Assembly: GCA_024763115.1 (NCBI GenBank)
Contig: JANTGB010000001.1
Coordinates: 1 to 35,832 of the forward strand
DNA: 35,832 nucleotides
Direction: 5' to 3'
Source of the DNA: Desulfobulbaceae bacterium
Lineage (GTDB): Bacteria > Desulfobacterota > Desulfobulbia > Desulfobulbales > SURF-16
Shown here: positions 7,230 to 16,510 of the stretch, piece after piece
Numbering within the stretch: the stretch's first letter is position 1
Layout of the letters: every line of letters starts with the position of its first letter
Notes under the pieces: generated by a model
The model's input: the letters and a program-made list of their open reading frames with translations, nothing else
What the model was told of the DNA's origin: nothing
The model's database searches: none
Program-made: the position numbers and the translations under genes

Positions 7230-10200
7230 ATGACCATGGCAATGATAGAAGATGAAGAAACCCTGTTGGCCTTTATTGAAGAGTCACTGGAACATATGGA
7301 TGGTATTGAGTCTGATCTTCTCACAATTGAAGAAAACGGTGAAGATATTGACGAGGATCTGGTAAACAAAGTTTTCCGGGCAGTCCATTCAATTAAGGGA
7401 GGGGCCGGTTTTCTGGGCCTGGAACGGGTCAAGGAAGTCGCCCATGCGGCCGAGAATCTCCTGAACCTGGTGCGGAATAAGGAACTTGTGCCTACCCCGG
7501 AACGAATCAGCATCCTGCTGGAAACATTCGACCTGCTGAATTCCCTAATTAATGATGCGCAAAACAGTAATGAGGTGGATGTCTCCCAGCAGATTTTCGC
7601 CTTGAAAAAGGCTGTCGCTTCATCCGAAGAAATCAGTGACGAAGAAGCGGCAGCAAGTGATGACGCCAACCTGATAACATTAGGCATCCCTGATCATCCG
7701 GATCTGTTCTCGATCAACAAAGTTGAACTTGCCCAGCATCTGAAAGGCGGCAATAATCTTTATATCCTTGAGTACGACATGATAAAGGATATAGAACAAA
7801 AAGATAAAACTCCACTGGATGTTATTAATGACCTGATCCAAACCGGTAATTACCTTGACTCCAAAGTAGACACGGAAAAAGTAGGTCATCTGGAAGACGA
7901 CCGGGAAGAGATGCATATTCCCTTTTTCGCCCTTTTTGCTACAATTATGGATACGGATATCCTTACCGGTTTTGTTGGTCTTGATGAATCCTGTATCCAT
8001 TCAATTTCTCTGGATATGATGTCTCAGGCCGATTCCGCATCCCCGGCTGAGACTGTAACTTCCACAACTGCTGAGTCAACTGCCGCTGCAGCGCCTTCCC
8101 CGGAACCAGCTGCAACTGAACCTGCTCCGGCCCCTGCTCAGCCGGCAGCAACCGCAGAACCAGCCCCTGCTGATGTAAAACCGAAAAAAAGCGGCGGTCT
8201 TCCTCCTGCCAAAAAAATGGTTAAAGATAGCAGTCTGCGGGTGAATGTTAAAATTCTAGATAATCTGATGACCATGGCCGGCGAACTGGTTTTAACCAGA
8301 AATCAGCTGGTTCAGGCTGTTACCTCTGATAATCAACAGGGGATCGACACCGTGTCTCAACGTCTTGACCTGGTGACCTCGGAACTTCAGGAGGCCATTA
8401 TGTCGACCCGGATGCAGCCCATCGGCAATGTTTTTCATAAATTCAAACGGGTGGTGCGCGATCTTTCCAAATCCCTGAACAAACAAATCAACCTTATTAT
8501 AGAAGGTGAAGAGGTAGAGCTTGACAAGACGATTATTGAGGCAATCGGCGACCCTCTTACTCATCTGGTGCGCAACTCGGTCGACCACGGCATTGAACTG
8601 CCGGAAACCAGGGTAATGAACGGCAAGAACGCTGAAGGTCTGCTGCGCCTGTCCGCCTATCATGAAGGGGGTCAGGTAATAATCGCCATTGAAGATGACG
8701 GGGCCGGGATAAATACAGAAAAATTAAAAGAAAAAGCTATGGTCAGCGCTACTTACGATCGCGCTCAGCTTGACGGCATGAGTGAAAAAGAACTGGCTAA
8801 ACTCATCTTTATGCCTGGTCTGTCCACTGCCGAACAGGTTACCGATGTCTCTGGCCGCGGGGTTGGAATGGATGTGGTTCATACCAACCTGACTGAACTG
8901 GGCGGAGTTATTGACATTGAAACCGCTCCGGGAGCAGGAACAACCATTACCATTAAACTTCCCCTGACCCTGGCAATTATCCCCAGCCAGATTATTACTG
9001 CCGGCAGGGATCGTTTTGCCATTCCTCAGGTTAACCTGGTTGAACTGGTCAGAATTCCGGCAGCCCAGGTCAAGGAGCGGATTGAAAAAATAGGTTCAGC
9101 CCTGGTTATGCGGCTCCGGGGTGAACTGCTGCCCCTGGTCAGCCTCTGCGATGCCCTGGAAATCGAAAAAATTTATATTGATGCTGAAACTGAAAAAACA
9201 CTTACGGATCGTCGGACAAATATAGCTGACCGGCGGGGCATAAGCCATGAGCTGGAGGAGGACCAGGAGGCGGAAAGTGCCGATATTCAGGAAGATAACG
9301 ATGAACGGCGGGCCAGTAGCGACAGGCGTGTCAGTCCAGCCAGTGCCTACAACGTTGTTGTTCTCTCTGCCGGAGATTTTCATTATGGTCTTATCGTCGA
9401 TTCCCTGCTCGATTCTGAAGAAATTGTCGTCAAACCTCTGGGCGGACATCTGCGGGAATGTAAGGCGTATGCCGGCGCTACTATTCAGGGTGACGGCCGC
9501 ATAGCCATGATTCTCGACGTTGTTGGCCTGTCAAATATTATGAACCTGTCAACCGTGGCTGAAAACGTTAAAAATAAAATGCAGCAGCAGGAAAGCAGAG
9601 TTAAAGGCGGAGAAGATTCCCAGACCCTGCTCATTGTCCAGAATACCCCGGAAGAGCAGATGGCCATACCTCTGGGACTTGTTTCCCGTATTGAAAAGAT
9701 TAAAACTACTGATATTGAAATTACCGGGGGCCGTCGTAACATCCAGTATCGGGGCGGCAGCCTGCCTCTCTTCAGCGTTGATGAAGTGGCCAACGTCGGG
9801 CACTATGAAGATGAGAACGCCAACTGTTACGTTGTGGTTTTTCCCATTGGCGGTAAAGAAGTCGGTATCCTGATGTCGGAAATCCTCGATATACTTGATA
9901 CAAATGAAAAGGTTGATGATATTTCCCATCGTCAGCCGGGCATCCTGGGCTCAATGATCATTTTTGACAAAATCACCCTGCTGGTTGATCTTTATGGTGT
10001 TGTGACCGCAGTTATGCCTGAATGGGCTCTTCTCACCACTCAAGGCGGAGAAGATGGAAAAGGCGAAGGCCATAATGTTCTGATTGTTGAAGATTCAAAA
10101 TTTTTCATGAACCAGATAACTGAATTTGTTGCCGAGTCCGGCTACAACACCTTACAGGCCGAAGACGGAGTTTGTGCCCTGCAAGTGCTTGAAGAAAACC

Positions 10201-10430
10201 ATGTTGATCTAATCCTTACTGATATTGAAATGCCCAACATGGATGGCCTGGAATTGACCCGTCGGGTTCGGGCGGATGAACGCTGGCATAAGCTGCCGAT
10301 TATCGCTGTTACCTCAGTGGCCGGGGAAGCGGCTGAACAGCGGGGTCGGGAGGCCGGAGTTGACGCCTACCTGATAAAACTGGATCGGGAACAGATTACC
10401 AGCAAGATGCAGGAATATCTGACTGCTTAA
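7230..10430 (+). CDS. cheA: Hybrid chemotaxis histidine kinase CheA (Hpt, dimerisation, HATPase, two CheW-like domains, C-terminal receiver)
   Basis: Hpt: FRAVHSIKGGAGFLG. Dimerisation: LDNLMTMAGELVLTRNQL. N-box: LTHLVRNSVDHGIE. G1: EDDGAGI. G2: SGRGVGMDVV. First CheW-like domain: FAIPQVNLVELVRI...GDGRIAMILDV. Second CheW-like domain: MAIPLGLVSRIEKI...ITLLVDL. Receiver: VLIVEDSKFF, DLILTDIEMPNMDGLEL, PIIAVTS, YLIKL. ATG 7236 and ATG 7242 are alternative starts. Confidence 0.9.
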   Translation: MTMAMIEDEETLLAFIEESLEHMDGIESDLLTIEENGEDIDEDLVNKVFRAVHSIKGGAGFLGLERVKEVAHAAENLLNLVRNKELVPTPERISILLETFDLLNSLINDAQNSNEVDVSQQIFALKKAVASSEEISDEEAAASDDANLITLGIPDHPDLFSINKVELAQHLKGGNNLYILEYDMIKDIEQKDKTPLDVINDLIQTGNYLDSKVDTEKVGHLEDDREEMHIPFFALFATIMDTDILTGFVGLDESCIHSISLDMMSQADSASPAETVTSTTAESTAAAAPSPEPAATEPAPAPAQPAATAEPAPADVKPKKSGGLPPAKKMVKDSSLRVNVKILDNLMTMAGELVLTRNQLVQAVTSDNQQGIDTVSQRLDLVTSELQEAIMSTRMQPIGNVFHKFKRVVRDLSKSLNKQINLIIEGEEVELDKTIIEAIGDPLTHLVRNSVDHGIELPETRVMNGKNAEGLLRLSAYHEGGQVIIAIEDDGAGINTEKLKEKAMVSATYDRAQLDGMSEKELAKLIFMPGLSTAEQVTDVSGRGVGMDVVHTNLTELGGVIDIETAPGAGTTITIKLPLTLAIIPSQIITAGRDRFAIPQVNLVELVRIPAAQVKERIEKIGSALVMRLRGELLPLVSLCDALEIEKIYIDAETEKTLTDRRTNIADRRGISHELEEDQEAESADIQEDNDERRASSDRRVSPASAYNVVVLSAGDFHYGLIVDSLLDSEEIVVKPLGGHLRECKAYAGATIQGDGRIAMILDVVGLSNIMNLSTVAENVKNKMQQQESRVKGGEDSQTLLIVQNTPEEQMAIPLGLVSRIEKIKTTDIEITGGRRNIQYRGGSLPLFSVDEVANVGHYEDENANCYVVVFPIGGKEVGILMSEILDILDTNEKVDDISHRQPGILGSMIIFDKITLLVDLYGVVTAVMPEWALLTTQGGEDGKGEGHNVLIVEDSKFFMNQITEFVAESGYNTLQAEDGVCALQVLEENHVDLILTDIEMPNMDGLELTRRVRADERWHKLPIIAVTSVAGEAAEQRGREAGVDAYLIKLDREQITSKMQEYLTA

Positions 10431-10445
10431 ACAAGGAGTAATCTG

Positions 10446-10898
10446 ATGGCGGAAACAGCAGCACATAACAGCAATATGCGGGAACTGGCCTTATTCAAGG
10501 TAAATGACATGATCTGCGGTCTTGACACCTCTCTGGTGCAGGAAATAAACAAGCAAACCGACATAACCGATGTCCATCTGGCTCCCGACTATGTCAGGGG
10601 GGTTATGAACCTGCGGGGTGAAATTGCCACGGTTATTGATCTGCGGACTAAATTCGGGCTCGAATCACTGGAGATAAACGATGAAATGAAGGTGGTCGTA
10701 GTCAGGCAGGGTACGGAAAATATCGGCCTGCTGGTTGACAGTGTCAGCGATGTGGTGATGGCTGATTCTAATGAAATATCGCCGCCGCCATCTAATGTTT
10801 CCGGGGTAACCGGTATTTTTTTTGATGGTATTTATACTATGGAACAGGATCTGGTGGCAGTACTGAATGTTGATGAGCTTTTAAAAATAACTGATTAA
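10446..10898 (+). CDS. cheW: Chemotaxis coupling protein CheW
   Basis: 150-aa single CheW domain (LALFKVNDMICGLDTSLVQEINK, VRGVMNLRGEIATVIDLR, IGLLVDSVSDV). An aaggag Shine-Dalgarno lies 7 nt upstream, and the gene starts 16 nt after the cheA stop. Confidence 0.9.
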   Translation: MAETAAHNSNMRELALFKVNDMICGLDTSLVQEINKQTDITDVHLAPDYVRGVMNLRGEIATVIDLRTKFGLESLEINDEMKVVVVRQGTENIGLLVDSVSDVVMADSNEISPPPSNVSGVTGIFFDGIYTMEQDLVAVLNVDELLKITD

Positions 10899-10980
10899 TT
10901 CAGTGTAGGGTGCGCATTGCGCACCAAAGTTAAGTTTTAATCAGCCGGTTAAACAGTTCTGTCATGCATAAGGGTAAAAA

Positions 10981-12708
10981 ATGAGCATAAAAATTAAACT
11001 TTTCTTGATTGTCAACACTCTTTCCCTGATCATTGCCGGAATGTTTTTTATTACCTTAAATGCCACATCAAACAGCAAGGATGACGGTTTAATCATAAAC
11101 CTGGCCGGTCGCCAGCGCATGCTGACCCAGAAAATGACCAAGGAAATTGTTTTTCTGGACATGAAACGGCAGACCGGGCAGACCGTTACGCCCGAAGACA
11201 TAACGAAAGTCAAAGATACCACCCAGATTTTTGCCCAGACCTTAAACGTCCTGCTGAACGGCGGCAAAGCCCCTCTAAGCCTGGATCCGGCCACGACCAA
11301 ATTTCGGGAATGTCCTCCTGCCCGGGAACCGGCTAAAAGTCAGCTTAACAGGGTTTTCTTAATGTGGCAGGATTTCTTGGCCAGGGTGGAAAAATTAAGC
11401 AGCCAAAGTGATGAAGATAGTCTGCAATATATCGAGACTCATAATGTTAATCTACTTAAAGAGATGAACAAGGCAGTCGGCATGATGCAGAAGCAGTCGG
11501 AAAAAAGGATTAAAACTCTGCTGTTCAGTCTGATAATTGCCATTGTTATCGCTATAATCTTCTCGCTTTATGCCGGGCTGACCGTCAGGGCCATTATCAG
11601 CCGTCTTAATAAAATAAAAGCCTTTGCTGCCAGGATGGGCCAGGGAGATCTGACCGGTTCCATCGGAGTTAAAAAACTTGATGATGAGCTGGGATCAATT
11701 GCTCTGACCATGGATGAAACATGCTCGTCCTTGGCAAAAATGTTTGGAAAAATTCTCGCCAATGCCGATAATCTGAGTGCCAGCGCCACCGAGTTAAACA
11801 CTCTTGCGGCCAATATGACGGAGGTAAGTTCCACTACTTCGGAAAAATCAGGCTCAGTGGCTGCGGCCAGCGAAGAGATGAGTGTTACGATGTCTACAGT
11901 GGCTGACACTACCGACACCTTAAGTCAACAGGTTAATCAGGTCGCGACCGCCAGCCAGGAAACAGCGCAGAACATATCTACCGTAGCTGCAGCTACTGAG
12001 GAAATGAGCGCCACGGTAACGGATATTGCCGCCAATACCGAACAGGCCCGCAGTGTAACCGACAAGGCCATGGATAATGTTAAAAATGCCTCGGAAAGGG
12101 TGGATGAGCTGGGCGGTTCGGCCCTGGAAATTAATAAAATTACTGATGTGATTGTGGAAATTGCCGAGCAGACCAAGTTGCTGGCCTTAAACGCCACTAT
12201 TGAGGCGGCAAGGGCCGGAGAGGCGGGAAAAGGTTTTGCCGTGGTGGCCAATGAGATTAAGGAACTGGCGTCTCAGACCAACAACGCTATTGTGGAAATT
12301 CGCGGCAAGGTTGAGACCATGCAGAATTCGACCAACAACACTATTAATGAAATTACCAATATTACCGGGGTAATGAACGAGGTAAATGAAATAGTGGTCA
12401 ACATTGCCGGTGCGGTTGAAGAGCAGTCGGTTACCACCCAGGATGTGGCCCGTAATATCAGTGAGGCGGTAAACAGCGTGCAACTGATGAGTGATAACGC
12501 CGGAACTGCTGCTGAAGGAATCACGGAAATTGTTGAAAATGTCGTCCAGGCTGCCGAGGTCTCAAAAACTATTGCCTTTGATATTGAAGATGTTAACCAG
12601 GGAGCCGGAAGAGTAAATCAGTCAGCAGAGCAGATTAACGGCCAGGCTGGGGAAGTCAGCAGTCTTGGTAATGAATTAACGGATATGGTCAGCCATTTTA
12701 AGATTTGA
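10981..12708 (+). CDS. Methyl-accepting chemotaxis protein with a PilJ/NarX-type N-terminal sensor, HAMP and signalling domain
   Basis: TM segment, then [17 protein letters not shown] (the hallmark helix of PilJ-type sensor domains). A second TM segment, HAMP ([11 protein letters not shown]) and the MCP tip [35 protein letters not shown] follow. Confidence 0.9.
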   Translation: MSIKIKLFLIVNTLSLIIAGMFFITLNATSNSKDDGLIINLAGRQRMLTQKMTKEIVFLDMKRQTGQTVTPEDITKVKDTTQIFAQTLNVLLNGGKAPLSLDPATTKFRECPPAREPAKSQLNRVFLMWQDFLARVEKLSSQSDEDSLQYIETHNVNLLKEMNKAVGMMQKQSEKRIKTLLFSLIIAIVIAIIFSLYAGLTVRAIISRLNKIKAFAARMGQGDLTGSIGVKKLDDELGSIALTMDETCSSLAKMFGKILANADNLSASATELNTLAANMTEVSSTTSEKSGSVAAASEEMSVTMSTVADTTDTLSQQVNQVATASQETAQNISTVAAATEEMSATVTDIAANTEQARSVTDKAMDNVKNASERVDELGGSALEINKITDVIVEIAEQTKLLALNATIEAARAGEAGKGFAVVANEIKELASQTNNAIVEIRGKVETMQNSTNNTINEITNITGVMNEVNEIVVNIAGAVEEQSVTTQDVARNISEAVNSVQLMSDNAGTAAEGITEIVENVVQAAEVSKTIAFDIEDVNQGAGRVNQSAEQINGQAGEVSSLGNELTDMVSHFKI

Positions 12709-12735
12709 GTAGCTACCAGGCAATAAAGGGTATCA

Positions 12736-12910
12736 GTTTTCTGTCATCTGTCCCCTCTCTCGCAACACAGCTCTGCTGTGTTGCGTAACCATTGGCGCTC
12801 CGCGCCTGATTTTATGACGCAGAGCGTCGAAGCAGCGTCACACCGCAGAGCGGTGTGACGAGAGGTAGCTTGCGCGAGGGTGGTTTTCTGTCCTCTGTCC
12901 TCTGTCCTCT
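12736..12910. repeat. Composite structured element: two direct heptamer arrays flanking four GC-rich hairpins
   Basis: Left array 12736-12756: gttttct gtcatct gtcccct. Right array 12883-12910: gttttct gtcctct gtcctct gtcctct. Hairpins lie between them. H1 12761-12785 is cgcaacacagc-tct-gctgtgttgcg. H2 12794-12806 is ggcgc-tcc-gcgcc. H3 12816-12828 is gacgc-aga-gcgtc. H4 12836-12860 is cgtcacaccgc-aga-gcggtgtgacg. The element sits between the convergent MCP and HEAT-receiver genes. Confidence 0.85.
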
Positions 12911-12918
12911 GGCTTATG

Positions 12919-14541
12919 TCATCTGACCTCTGAAATAGCCGCCTGCAGTTCCTCAGCCGTAAAGGGTTTATGTAAAATCTGATTGACCCCGACCCTGATG
13001 GCCTCGTCATGGTCAGGGTTCTCGCTCTGGGTAGTCACCATGACAATGGGCAGCTCCTCTTTGGAATAAAGGGCGCGGATATTTTCCGTTAATTCAATTC
13101 CGGTAATATCCGGCATATTCAGGTCAGTAAAAAGTAAATCAGGTTTTTTCTTTTTTACCTGCTCAATGGCTGAGGCGGGAAATTCAAAGAGCCGGGAATC
13201 CACCCCGATTTGAAAGAGAACATTCTTGTAGATCGACAGAATCATCCGCGAATCATCCACCGCGTAAACCAGCAGTTTTTCGCCGCCAGCTTCTTCTTCA
13301 GGAGTTATTCTGCGGGCCAGTTCATTATAACCGTTATCACGGAACAATTTAACAAACTGGTTCCTTAGATCAGGATGGGCTTTGGTAGTAAGAAAATCAA
13401 CTGCCAGATCCTGAAATTGTTCCAGATCAACAATTCTCATTAATACTTTATAGGCCTCAGCATTCAGAAAGGCGGCAACTACCCGCTCAGCCTCACGCCC
13501 GCCCTGCTGAATCATATTCTGCACTCCGGCAATTAAAATATCAGTACAGTTACGCTCTATGGCCCTGGCCGTGGCAATCTGAACATGATCCTCCTTATCC
13601 GTCAGGCCGTCGGCCAGGACATAGGAACCGGTTTTAAGCGGCAGCATTCCCAGGGCTTCATAGGCGGCAAAACGGACATTGGCATCTTCCGGCTCATCAT
13701 GGAGGAGCTGGCGGATAGTCCGCACCGCGCTGTCATCACCGATAAAGCCTAAAACATTTAAGGTAAGAATCAGTAGATCAGGATCAGACTGGCTGAGATT
13801 AGCAGTGAGGGTAGGAATTGCCTTAGCCCCGATCTTGATTAAATTACTCCTGGCCCTGCTGCGAATATGGGCATGGGGTGAATTTAAGGCTTTGCCAAGT
13901 TCTTCAATGGCATGTTGATCCTGCAGCTTGGCAAAACCGTCAAGAATCATCAGGTCAAGATCACTGTCCGTTCCCATCCGGTCAGCAAGGAAACGCACGG
14001 AACTTTCAGCGGCAATATTGGCCAGAGCCATAATTGCCGCCACCACCAGTTCCCGGCTGCCTGAATAAAGATATTCGCTGATCGTGGTTATTGTTTCATG
14101 ACTGCCGATTGCCCCCAGGGCGCCGATAACCGCTTTTAATAATTTTTTATCCTGGGCGGTATCAAGGATATTAAGCAGGGTTGGAACCGCCTCCCCATAT
14201 TCCATTTCACCGATTATCTCCACCAGAATTTCTTTATCCTTATAAGCCGGGTTGTCCAGAAGAGTCAGCAGATGACCGGGATTTTCCAGCCCAAGCTTTA
14301 AAAGCATTGAACGGATAACCAGATCCGGCACCGCGAAGGTTTGGGGCGCAACAACCAGATGAGCCAGCAGGGAAATAGCAGTACCAGTATTGGAGCGGGC
14401 CAGTTCGCCCAGAACCTTGTTCTGAGCCTTGGCATCCAGCAGGCCGAAACTTTCCATTAAAAGCTGGCCTTTAATCATATCGTCAATATTTAAGACATGA
14501 TTTAATTCAACCAAAAAATCATTAGGATCAACACTTGCCAT
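12919..14541 (-). CDS. HEAT-repeat protein with a C-terminal CheY-like receiver domain
   Basis: About 400 aa of Leu/Ala-rich helical repeats with HEAT/PBS-lyase-like signatures (AVIGALGAIGSHE, VAAIMALANIA, RFAAYEALGML, ATARAIERN). The receiver follows: LLVYAVDDSRMI, DLLFTDLNMPDITGIEL, PIVMVTT, ILHKPF. Its ATG overlaps the cheR stop (TAATG at 14541). Confidence 0.8.
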   Translation of the reverse strand: MASVDPNDFLVELNHVLNIDDMIKGQLLMESFGLLDAKAQNKVLGELARSNTGTAISLLAHLVVAPQTFAVPDLVIRSMLLKLGLENPGHLLTLLDNPAYKDKEILVEIIGEMEYGEAVPTLLNILDTAQDKKLLKAVIGALGAIGSHETITTISEYLYSGSRELVVAAIMALANIAAESSVRFLADRMGTDSDLDLMILDGFAKLQDQHAIEELGKALNSPHAHIRSRARSNLIKIGAKAIPTLTANLSQSDPDLLILTLNVLGFIGDDSAVRTIRQLLHDEPEDANVRFAAYEALGMLPLKTGSYVLADGLTDKEDHVQIATARAIERNCTDILIAGVQNMIQQGGREAERVVAAFLNAEAYKVLMRIVDLEQFQDLAVDFLTTKAHPDLRNQFVKLFRDNGYNELARRITPEEEAGGEKLLVYAVDDSRMILSIYKNVLFQIGVDSRLFEFPASAIEQVKKKKPDLLFTDLNMPDITGIELTENIRALYSKEELPIVMVTTQSENPDHDEAIRVGVNQILHKPFTAEELQAAISEVR

Positions 14542-15374
14542 TATTTTACCTGATAAAATATTGAATTATGATACTCACACCGTTCATAACGTTCACTGAC
14601 CCCGTAAAGGGATTCGGTGGAGCCGATTAATAACACTCCGCCGGGGCTTATCTGCTCGGCGATGCGGTTAAAAAGACTCTTGCGGTCTTCCATACTGAAA
14701 TAAATTGCCACATTACGACAGAAAACAATATCAAACTTACCCAGCAGAGAAAATGATTCCATTAAATTCTGCTTACGGAAAAAAGCCATTGAGCGCAGTT
14801 CGTCCTTAACCCGAAAGCTTGAACCATCCTGGACAAAATACTTCCTGAGCAGATTATCCGGCATGCCCCGGCCAATTTCAAACTGGGAATAATTGGCCCG
14901 ACTCGCCTGGACAATAGCGGAATCAGCAATATCGGTTCCGACTATTTTAATCCGGTATTTACTGATACCAGGTCCTAAAAGTTCATGGAGACAGATGGCA
15001 ATGGTATAAACTTCCTGGCCGGTGGAACAGGCGGAACTCCAGATATTAATAGCCCTGGATGGTAAAGAACTCTGCTCAAGTCGATCGATTAAATCAGGAA
15101 TTATTTTAAATTTAAACAGATCAAATGGTTTCTGATCCCGGAAAAAAGAGGTCTCATTGGTGCTCATGGCATCAATAAGCTTATTAGTCAGTTTCTTTGT
15201 CCGGTCTTTGATAATTTCATTGTAAAGATCGGTAAAACTGGCGCAGCCCAGTTCAGCAGCCAGAGGGGAAAGACGGCTTTCAAGCAGGTATGCCTTAGTG
15301 CTGTCCAGAACAATGCCGCATTGTTTATAAACATAATCGGCAATCTGTTTATGTTCTACGGGATTAATTTTCAT
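14541..15374 (-). CDS. cheR: Chemotaxis protein methyltransferase CheR
   Basis: ETSFFRD, IWSSACSTGQEVYTIAI, IVGTDI, FDIVFCRNVAIYF and PGGVLLIG are the CheR N-terminal and SAM-binding motifs. Confidence 0.9.
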   Translation of the reverse strand: MKINPVEHKQIADYVYKQCGIVLDSTKAYLLESRLSPLAAELGCASFTDLYNEIIKDRTKKLTNKLIDAMSTNETSFFRDQKPFDLFKFKIIPDLIDRLEQSSLPSRAINIWSSACSTGQEVYTIAICLHELLGPGISKYRIKIVGTDIADSAIVQASRANYSQFEIGRGMPDNLLRKYFVQDGSSFRVKDELRSMAFFRKQNLMESFSLLGKFDIVFCRNVAIYFSMEDRKSLFNRIAEQISPGGVLLIGSTESLYGVSERYERCEYHNSIFYQVK

Positions 15375-16460
15375 TTAATTGACCATTTTGATAATCTGCG
15401 GGGCAATCTGCTGGAGAGGCAGCACCATATCCGTTACCCCTGCCTTGAAGGCTTCCATGGGCATACCATACACCACGCACGTTTTTTCATCCTGGGCAAT
15501 AACCGGAGCGCCGCGTCTTTTCATCAACTTGAGTCCCAATACTCCATCCGAGCCCATGCCGGTCATTATTACCCCCAGGACTCGATTATCATAAATTTTC
15601 GATATTGAACGGAAAAGATAATCAGCGGCCGGACGACAATGATTTTCCGGGGGATCATTAGTTAATTCCACTGCTGTTCCTCCAGTTTGTTTGACAAGAC
15701 GCGTCTGTTTGCCGCCTGGAGCAATATACACCCAGCCAGGCTTGATAAGTTCTCCATGCTCGGCCTCTTTAACCGAGACCTTGCTTTTCTTGTCAAGCGA
15801 ATCAGCCAGGGCTGCGGTAAACACCGGCGGCATATGCTGGACAATTACCACGGGAACCCGAAGAGTGGCCGGTAGATTAGGGATTACCTCGGCCAGGGCA
15901 TTGGGCCCGCCGGTTGAAATACCAATGGCGACAAGCTCCAGGCGTCCGGGACGTAAATTTATTTTTGGCTGGACAGCAGGTTTCGCCGGAGGAAGCGGTT
16001 TTTTGACCGGCACAGCAGGTGCTGGTTTTTTTTTGCCTACCCGGGAAAGGATTCTCCTGGTATTTACTGATTGAATTACCGGCTTCAGCTGTTTTAATAA
16101 GGCGTTTTTGTTTTCACTCAGGGAGCCGCCGTCAGGTTTGGCGATAAAGTCATAGGCTCCCAGTTCCAGGGCCTCCATGGTCACGGCCGCCCCTTGGCTG
16201 GTATGGGCGCTGACCATCACCACCGCCACGTCTGAACCGATCTTTTTCAACTCTTTCAAGGTCTGGATACCATCCATAACCGGCATTTCAAAATCAAGGG
16301 TCACTACATCAGGTTTCAGCTGCTGAATTTTCTCCAGGCCGATCTTACCGTTATTGGCAGTACCCAGCAATTCTACCTCGGGCAGTTGACTAAGAACCTC
16401 GGTTAATACCTTACGGTACATGACCGTGTCATCTATTATTAAAATTTTTACTTTTTTCAT
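15375..16460 (-). CDS. cheB: Chemotaxis response regulator protein-glutamate methylesterase CheB
   Basis: Receiver: ILIIDDTVMYRK, DVVTLDFEMPVMDG, VVMVSA, DFIAKP. Pro/Lys-rich linker. Methylesterase: AIGISTGGPNAL, VQHMPPVFT, GMGSDG. The stop directly abuts the cheR start. Confidence 0.9.
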   Translation of the reverse strand: MKKVKILIIDDTVMYRKVLTEVLSQLPEVELLGTANNGKIGLEKIQQLKPDVVTLDFEMPVMDGIQTLKELKKIGSDVAVVMVSAHTSQGAAVTMEALELGAYDFIAKPDGGSLSENKNALLKQLKPVIQSVNTRRILSRVGKKKPAPAVPVKKPLPPAKPAVQPKINLRPGRLELVAIGISTGGPNALAEVIPNLPATLRVPVVIVQHMPPVFTAALADSLDKKSKVSVKEAEHGELIKPGWVYIAPGGKQTRLVKQTGGTAVELTNDPPENHCRPAADYLFRSISKIYDNRVLGVIMTGMGSDGVLGLKLMKRRGAPVIAQDEKTCVVYGMPMEAFKAGVTDMVLPLQQIAPQIIKMVN

Positions 16461-16510
16461 TGAGTGTTGGTTGGGTTGGTTTTGCCGGCTGAATCAGCAG
16501 GGACTAATCT

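Noticed and set aside
7190-7687. 165-aa Ser-rich ORF on the minus strand overlapping the STAS stop and the cheA 5' end.
   Set aside because: It is antisense to a confidently identified Hpt domain, has low-complexity composition (poly-Ser/Arg) and shows no recognisable motif.
12744-13010. 88-aa ORF spanning the hairpin/heptamer element and the 3' end of the HEAT-receiver gene.
   Set aside because: It reads through palindromic repeat DNA and overlaps a real gene's C-terminal receiver domain. It is Arg/Cys-rich with no motif.
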